This document shows, one piece after another, positions 58,533 through 64,000 of a stretch of 64,000 nucleotides of DNA. Numbering within the stretch: position 1 is the first letter of the stretch; every line of letters starts with the position of its first letter. Under the pieces are notes generated by a model. The model saw only the letters and a program-made list of their open reading frames with translations, had not been told where the DNA came from and made no database searches. The stretch covers positions 640,001 through 704,000 of the forward strand of contig CAWKKR010000007.1 in NCBI GenBank assembly GCA_963850305.1, read 5' to 3'. This DNA is from an uncultured delta proteobacterium (lineage in GTDB: Bacteria; Myxococcota_A; Polyangia; Polyangiales; Polyangiaceae). A program made the position numbers and the translations under genes.

Positions 58533-59432
58533 TCAGCCGCCGGCCATGAGTTGCACGAGCCCGCCCATGAAGCCCTCGTAGCTCATGTTGGAGAAGATGG
58601 GGACGTCCAGCCCGCCGTCGACGACGAGCGCCTGTCCCGTGACGAACGAGGACTCGTCGCTCGCGAGAAAGAGAATCGCGTTCGCGACGTCCTCCGCGGT
58701 GCCGGCGCGCGGTATCGGCTGGCACGTCGCGAAATGCGCGGCGAGCTTGTCCCTGTCCACGGGGATGCCGGCGGGGCTGTCGTAGTAGATGGGGGTCAGC
58801 ATCACGCCGGGGCAGACGCAGTTGATCCGGACGCGAGAGGGCGCAACCTCCAGGGCCGCGGCGCGGCTCATCGAGATGAGCGCGCCTTTCGTCGCGGCGT
58901 ACGTCGTCTGGTTCGGCCACGCGCGCAGCGCGAGGATGGACGACAGGTTGACGATCGAGCCGCCGCCCCGTCGCGCAAGAAGCGGGATCGCCTGGCGCAT
59001 CCCGTGCCACGCGCCCTTCAGATTCACGTTCATCGTCCGTTCGAAGACGTGGTCCGGGACGCTCGAGAGGTTGCCTTCCGTCGTGCCGATGCCGGCGTTG
59101 TTCACCAGCACGTCCAGGCCGCCGAAGCGCGCGACCGCCGTCTCGAAGACGCGCGCCATCTGCTCCGCGTCGGTGACGTCCGCGGGGACGAAGCATGTCT
59201 TCGCTCCGAGGCGCGCGGCGATTGCCGCCCCGTCGTTTTCTCCGCCGAGCGTCCGGCGGGCATGATGGAGCTGTCCGCCGACCTTTTCGTTGGCGGCGCG
59301 TGCCGAGTCCGGCGTCAGATCGCAGAACACGACGCTGGCGCCCTCCGCGACGAAGCGCTCCACGACGGCGAGCCCGATGCCCGACGCGCCCCCCGTGACC
59401 ACGGCCACCTTGTTCGAAAGACGGTTCGTCAT
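58533..59432 (-). CDS. Short-chain dehydrogenase/reductase (SDR)
   Basis: TGGASGIG, NNAGI, YAATK, RIN.VCPG and FVTGQ.L.VDGG. Confidence 0.95.
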   Translation of the reverse strand: MTNRLSNKVAVVTGGASGIGLAVVERFVAEGASVVFCDLTPDSARAANEKVGGQLHHARRTLGGENDGAAIAARLGAKTCFVPADVTDAEQMARVFETAVARFGGLDVLVNNAGIGTTEGNLSSVPDHVFERTMNVNLKGAWHGMRQAIPLLARRGGGSIVNLSSILALRAWPNQTTYAATKGALISMSRAAALEVAPSRVRINCVCPGVMLTPIYYDSPAGIPVDRDKLAAHFATCQPIPRAGTAEDVANAILFLASDESSFVTGQALVVDGGLDVPIFSNMSYEGFMGGLVQLMAGG

Positions 59433-59486
59433 CGTTTGCCTCTCACCGATCTCGTGCCCCGGGTTTCGCCCGTGGCGCCCCGCGTT

Positions 59487-59789
59487 TCAGTTCGTCCCGT
59501 GGTTGCTTTTCGCGCCTTTGCGGACGAGCTTCATCAACTCCTCGTCCGTTTTTGCACGGGTCTCGGCGCGCTCGACCTCGACCCGTTGCTTTTGTTTTGC
59601 CGCTGCGGATTTCCTGGCGTCCTTCGCACGTTGGTACGCCGCGCGTCGCTGCTCGCGGGCGGCTTCCTTCATCGCGAGAAACTTCGGGTCCTTCGCGCGC
59701 CGTTCCTTGGCGGCGAGATACGCTTCCCGGCGCAACCGTCGCGCGACCTCTTTCCGTGCAGCGACCTTGTCCTCGGGTTCCTTCGGCAT
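59487..59789 (-). CDS. Small basic coiled-coil hypothetical protein
   Basis: About 100 aa Lys/Arg/Ala/Glu-rich helix (DPKFLAMKEA..EQRRAAYQ.AK); co-oriented with flanking genes. Confidence 0.6.
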   Translation of the reverse strand: MPKEPEDKVAARKEVARRLRREAYLAAKERRAKDPKFLAMKEAAREQRRAAYQRAKDARKSAAAKQKQRVEVERAETRAKTDEELMKLVRKGAKSNHGTN

Positions 59790-59883
59790 GGCACGCGGAC
59801 GATACCTCATCCGCCCCCGCATGAGCGCCGTCCGCAAATCCGCACCAACAAAAAATCTTCCCTTCGATCTCGCCCGCCACCGC

Positions 59884-61260
59884 TCAGGGGGGGACGGCGC
59901 CGGAGTTCGAATCGAATCCGGCGCGCGACGTGATCGGCGTCAGATCTACGGCCTCGAACTCGGCGCTCGTGACGGACTGCACCTCGTCGAAGATCGCGTC
60001 GGACCAGCTCGAGCTGGGTTCGCCCTGGATGTAGAGGTTGCTGCCGCCATCGGCCAGGTAAACGCCGTAGGTCTTGAGCGCAGTGAGGATCGCCTTCGAC
60101 TGGACGCTGTAGTTCGACGGGATCTGGTAGGACGACTTGATGCGGAAGAGCTGGCCCATCGGCGGCAAATTCGTCGACCCCGTGCCGTTCGACGTCAGGT
60201 GCCTTGCCGGCCAGACGTAGCTCGTCCGGATGCTGCTCGAGTCGATCGTGAACCGGAGGGCGTGCAAGATCTTTCCGGACGACGCTTCGTCGGCCTTGAG
60301 GAGGAGCGGCGCGATCGGAAACCCCGCTGCATCGGCGGACGTCCACCCCGCGGGGCGAAGCGCGTTGGAGGTCAGATCGAAGGAGGCGGAGCCGTAGATG
60401 TCCCACGTGCCGCCGGTCCCGGTGTAGGCGTGGTACGCCTCCCACAAGCGGCAGGCGTCCTGATCGATGAGCAGGATGTGATGGTCGCCGTAGGCCTGTC
60501 CGACGACGTCCGGGAACACGCCGCCCTCGACCAACACCCCGCTCGGGATGGGCAGGACCGGCGATGGCGCGGCCGCGGTCGTGCACGGCGAGACGAAGGA
60601 ATGGGCGTTCCCCACGGCGCAATCGGACTCGGCGCGCGAGTCCCAGTTCAGATCCGCCGTGTCCTTCGTCGTGTACGCGACGTTGGCCCACGGGATCGAG
60701 GCGCCGTGCACGACGTTGTAGGGAATGCCGTAGTACGTGTCGGGTTTCGTCATGTCCTCGGATTGCCCGAGGTCGAGATGGATCTTCACGCTCCCGATCG
60801 TCGTCATGTACGCGGCGGAGTTTCCGTCGGGCGGCAAACCATCGATGGGCGTGTTGAAGATGTTGTTCGCGGGAAACATCGGACATCCGCCGATCATCGG
60901 GGACGTTCCCGTGGGCTCGCCGCCGCCCGCGCCGCCCGCTGAAGTCGAACCACCGGAGCCGCCCGCGCCGCCCGCCGAAGTCGAACCACCGGAGCCGCCC
61001 GCGCCGCCCGCCGAAGTCGAACCACCGGAGCCGTGACTCGCGCCTCCGCTTCCGCTTCCCCCGTTTCCGCTCGAAGCCCCGCCGCTCGAAGCCCCGCCGC
61101 TCGAAGCCCCGCCGCTCGAAGCCCCGCCGCTCGAAGCCCCGCCGCTCGAAGCCCCGCCGCTCGAAGCCCCGCCGTCGGTGCCGTGGTTCGAAGTGCCGCC
61201 GCCGCCGCAGGCGACTCCGAAAATTGCCGAAGCCAGGACGATCGAATCGATGTGTTTCAT
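59884..61260 (-). CDS. Lipoprotein with Gly-repeat linker and conserved uncharacterised globular domain
   Basis: Lipobox GVAC; C-terminal FP.NN.FNTPI..LP, YGIPY, GDHH.L, WTSADAAG.P, HALRFT, PMG..FR and ALK.YG...AD.G. Confidence 0.8.
   Translation of the reverse strand: MKHIDSIVLASAIFGVACGGGGTSNHGTDGGASSGGASSGGASSGGASSGGASSGGASSGGASSGNGGSGSGGASHGSGGSTSAGGAGGSGGSTSAGGAGGSGGSTSAGGAGGGEPTGTSPMIGGCPMFPANNIFNTPIDGLPPDGNSAAYMTTIGSVKIHLDLGQSEDMTKPDTYYGIPYNVVHGASIPWANVAYTTKDTADLNWDSRAESDCAVGNAHSFVSPCTTAAAPSPVLPIPSGVLVEGGVFPDVVGQAYGDHHILLIDQDACRLWEAYHAYTGTGGTWDIYGSASFDLTSNALRPAGWTSADAAGFPIAPLLLKADEASSGKILHALRFTIDSSSIRTSYVWPARHLTSNGTGSTNLPPMGQLFRIKSSYQIPSNYSVQSKAILTALKTYGVYLADGGSNLYIQGEPSSSWSDAIFDEVQSVTSAEFEAVDLTPITSRAGFDSNSGAVPP
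61067..61171. repeat. Perfect 15-bp coding tandem repeat x7 (GGASS)
   Basis: CCGCTCGAAGCCCCG x7 inside the 59884-61260 gene; adjacent 36-bp unit (GGSTSAGGAGGS-like) about x3. Confidence 0.9.
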
Positions 61261-61544
61261 GGCCTTCCCCTCACGCTGAGCGCCGCTACCCGCCGCCCGT
61301 CGTGCTGGCGGGCCCTCGGACGAGCGCGCATTTCGTTCGCTTCTCCGCAGCGGCAAAACGGCGCGAGCATCGCACGGCGCTTCATTGCCAACAACGGGGC
61401 TCGCCGGACCAGACAACGCGTCGCGCAAGAGTTCATCCTGGTTGTCGGCGAGTGCACCGAGCAGTCAGTCGAATCTCGTGGCCGCGCACCCAGTTGCCGA
61501 TCGCCCGACCGTTCACCATGGTCCGTCGAAACAGGGGCATCACG

Positions 61545-62903
61545 ATGCAGGGACTCGCGCGACGGGGACTCGGTTCGATCTTTCTCCTGACGTCGGTTTG
61601 CGGCTGCGCGTCCAGCGGGAAGCGTCCGCGGCCCGACGAGGCCAACGACGGAGCGGCTCGAGACGGCCGCGCTTCATCGCCGCCGCTGGATGCCGGACCC
61701 TGGCGCGTCGCCGACGACGCCGGACGGAGCTCACCCGATGCCGCGCCGCCGCGGTCGAAGAAAACGCCCACGGGACCGAGCCATTCCGCCGACGCGGGTG
61801 ACCCAGCGCGACCCCCCGCCGAGGCCGGCGTGAAGGCGCCCGCCGTGGATTCGGGGCGGGAGCCGCGGAGCGACACGGACGCGATGACGGACGCCGCCGC
61901 GCCGCTCCACGTCGATGCCGCGGCCGACGCGTGCGTCGCACCGTCGCCCGCCGCAGACGCCGACACCGATGCCGGTATCGACGACGGAGGCGTTCGGGAC
62001 GCGACCGTCGTGAGCGACGCGCGCGCCGTCACGCACGCCGCCACCCCTCCGAGTTGCGTCTCGCTCGCCCGGAATTGCGGACATTCCAGGAATGCAGATT
62101 GCTGCGCGTCGTCCATCATCCCGGGGGGCACCTATGATCGCAGCGACGACGCGCACGCCCCGGCCACCGTGAGCGATTTTCGCCTCGATACGTACGAGGT
62201 CACCGTCGGACGCTTTCGACGATTCCACGACGCTTACTCGCAGGACATCATCCCGGCGGGCGCCGGAAGAAATCCGAACGACCCGGAGGACCCCGGCTGG
62301 GACGTTTCGTGGAACACGAATCTGCCTGCCGATCGCGACGCTCTCGTCGCCGACGTACAGTGGTGCAGCTCGAGTTTCGCGGCGTACACCGACGCGCCCG
62401 GCCCGAACGAGACGAAGCCCATCGCCTGCATCGATTGGTACGAAGCGTTCGCGTTCTGCGCATGGGACGGCGGGAGACTCCCGACCGAGGCGGAATGGAA
62501 CTACGCCGCCACGGGCGGGAGCGAGCAACGAACGTATCCGTGGGGTGAAACGCAGGTAGGCGCGGACACGACGCTCGCCATCTACGGCTGCTATTACGAC
62601 GGCACCGGGACGTGCACGAGCGAGCAGAACAGCGCCCCGGTGGGCTCGGCTCCGGCGGGTGACGGAAGATGGGGCCAAGCCGATCTCGGCGGCAGCGTGT
62701 GGGAGTGGGTTTTGGATTGGTACGCGCCGTACTCGGAGGCTTGCTCGAACTGCGCCGACCTCGAACCGACGAAGAACCGTGTCCTCCGCGGCGGCAGCTT
62801 CTACGATCCGCTCACGTATCTCGCCACGGCCTATCGCGCGAACATTTTCGATCCGACCGTGCAGGCGTTCGACGTGGGCGTCCGGTGCGCGCGGGATCCC
62901 TGA
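61545..62903 (+). CDS. Formylglycine-generating-enzyme (FGE/SUMF1)-fold lipoprotein
   Basis: F.LD.YEVTV.RF, W.EA.AFC.W.G.RLPTEAEW, YPWG, DLGGSVWEW..D.Y, RV.RGGSF and GVRCAR. Confidence 0.88.
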   Translation: MQGLARRGLGSIFLLTSVCGCASSGKRPRPDEANDGAARDGRASSPPLDAGPWRVADDAGRSSPDAAPPRSKKTPTGPSHSADAGDPARPPAEAGVKAPAVDSGREPRSDTDAMTDAAAPLHVDAAADACVAPSPAADADTDAGIDDGGVRDATVVSDARAVTHAATPPSCVSLARNCGHSRNADCCASSIIPGGTYDRSDDAHAPATVSDFRLDTYEVTVGRFRRFHDAYSQDIIPAGAGRNPNDPEDPGWDVSWNTNLPADRDALVADVQWCSSSFAAYTDAPGPNETKPIACIDWYEAFAFCAWDGGRLPTEAEWNYAATGGSEQRTYPWGETQVGADTTLAIYGCYYDGTGTCTSEQNSAPVGSAPAGDGRWGQADLGGSVWEWVLDWYAPYSEACSNCADLEPTKNRVLRGGSFYDPLTYLATAYRANIFDPTVQAFDVGVRCARDP

Positions 62904-63000
62904 AGGTGACGATCGCAGATGTGGTGGCGCGCTTCACGCCGCGCGTCGCCGCGCAACAGAGGTGGTCCGTTCATCGCGAGTAGATGATACCGTCGATGGC

Positions 63001-63681
63001 ATGAGCTTCACGGGGTTCGCCGACGCGGACGCGACGTTCTTTCGTTTGCTGGCAAAGAAGCAGAATCGCGACTGGTTTCGAACCCACAAGGTCGAGTTCG
63101 AAGAGGGCTGGCAAGGGCCGATGAAGGAGCTTCTCGCCGGAGTCCGCGCGGGCATCGACGGGGCTTACGAACATTGCGACCTGGAGGAACCGAAGCTTTT
63201 TCGCATCTTCCGCGACGTGCGCTTTTCGAAGGACAAGTCGCCGTACAAGACGCACCTCGCCGGGGTCATCGCGGTCGCGCAGAGGGGCAAGGTGACGGAG
63301 GTACCGATGGCCCTCTACTTCCACGTGGGACACCCCAAATCGTTCGGCGCGGCGGGCCACTACATGATGGACACGCATGCGCTTGCCGGATTCCGCAAGG
63401 CAGTCGCGGACGAGAAACGAGGCGCGGAGCTCGAAAAGACGATTGCGAAGCTCGTGAAGAAGGGCTTCTCGGTCGATTCGTACGGCACGTACAAGAAGGT
63501 GCCGAAGGGCTATGACCCCGAGCACCCTCGCGTCGAACACCTGAAGCGGAAGGGGCTCACCGTCGGGTTCCCCGAGCTCCCCAGGGGCATCCTGGCAACG
63601 CCCAAGCTGCTCCCCTGGTTGGTCGCGCAGGCGAAACTCTCGGCGCCGCTCGTCGAGTGGCTCGTGTTCGCCACGCGCTGA
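63001..63681 (+). CDS. DUF2461-family protein
   Basis: F.GF......FF..L...QNRDWF, FRIFRDVRFSKDKSPYK and KKVPKGY..EHP. Confidence 0.88.
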   Translation: MSFTGFADADATFFRLLAKKQNRDWFRTHKVEFEEGWQGPMKELLAGVRAGIDGAYEHCDLEEPKLFRIFRDVRFSKDKSPYKTHLAGVIAVAQRGKVTEVPMALYFHVGHPKSFGAAGHYMMDTHALAGFRKAVADEKRGAELEKTIAKLVKKGFSVDSYGTYKKVPKGYDPEHPRVEHLKRKGLTVGFPELPRGILATPKLLPWLVAQAKLSAPLVEWLVFATR

Positions 63682-63752
63682 CGACCGACGCATCACGAAA
63701 TCTCAAAAAAGCCAGCGAATCGGCGGGTCCCTGACGGTAGGCTCCAGCCCTC

Positions 63753-64000
63753 ATGCGTATCCGTACCGAGTGGTTCCTGCCGGTTGCGGCAATTCTGCTG
63801 CCGGGGTGTCTCAAGCCGATCCAGCCCGACGCGATCGGTCCGTCACCTGCCGCGCTGCCGGCGACATCAGCGGCGCCGGCTGCCGCTCCCGATGATTCGA
63901 TGTTGCCGCCCCTGAAGAAGGAGGACCTCGTCGTCGGCACGGGACCGGCGGTGAAAAAGGGTGACCGCGTGAGCGTTCACTATGTCGGGACGCTGCTCGA
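63753..64000 (+). CDS. FKBP-type peptidyl-prolyl isomerase lipoprotein (3'-partial)
   Basis: Own translation: MRIRTEWFLPVAAILLPGC...LKKEDLVVGTGPAVKKGDRVSVHYVGTLL; runs off the window end, so absent from the ORF track. Confidence 0.85.
   Translation, partial: MRIRTEWFLPVAAILLPGCLKPIQPDAIGPSPAALPATSAAPAAAPDDSMLPPLKKEDLVVGTGPAVKKGDRVSVHYVGTLL

Overview
High-GC, densely coding chromosomal window. The gene content points to a myxobacterium (Myxococcota, Polyangiaceae-like): a Hanks-type Ser/Thr kinase, many Gly/Ser-linker lipoproteins, long Cys-rich repeat proteins, an AgmX/TonB-like C-terminal domain protein and DUF2378-like proteins. This taxonomy is an inference from gene families only. About 53 CDS are supportable. 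I found no rRNA, tRNA, CRISPR array, transposase or integrase. Recognisable genes include opgH/mdoH, cystathionine gamma-lyase (with a +1 frameshift) and cystathionine beta-synthase, uppP, an ABC exporter, a CHASE3 hybrid kinase, CsbD, AraC, MFS, a DUF3015/DUF4105/hydrolase operon, a Coq4-like/TetR pair, pirin, an ECF sigma factor, an Omp85 barrel with a KdpD/E-like pair, an SDR, an FGE-family protein, DUF2461 and a partial FKBP. The standout is a stand-alone Hedgehog N-terminal signalling-domain homologue (25949-26488, minus strand). By manual comparison with the recalled Sonic hedgehog sequence it is about 60% identical over about 104 ungapped residues and keeps the Zn ligands and most Ca ligands. 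It has no Hint/autoprocessing domain and begins with a lipoprotein signal peptide. It lies next to one of two extended lipase-maturation-factor (LMF) paralogues, in a region rich in disulfide-rich surface proteins, one of which is Kazal/follistatin-like. All family calls come from motif recognition; no database searches were run.
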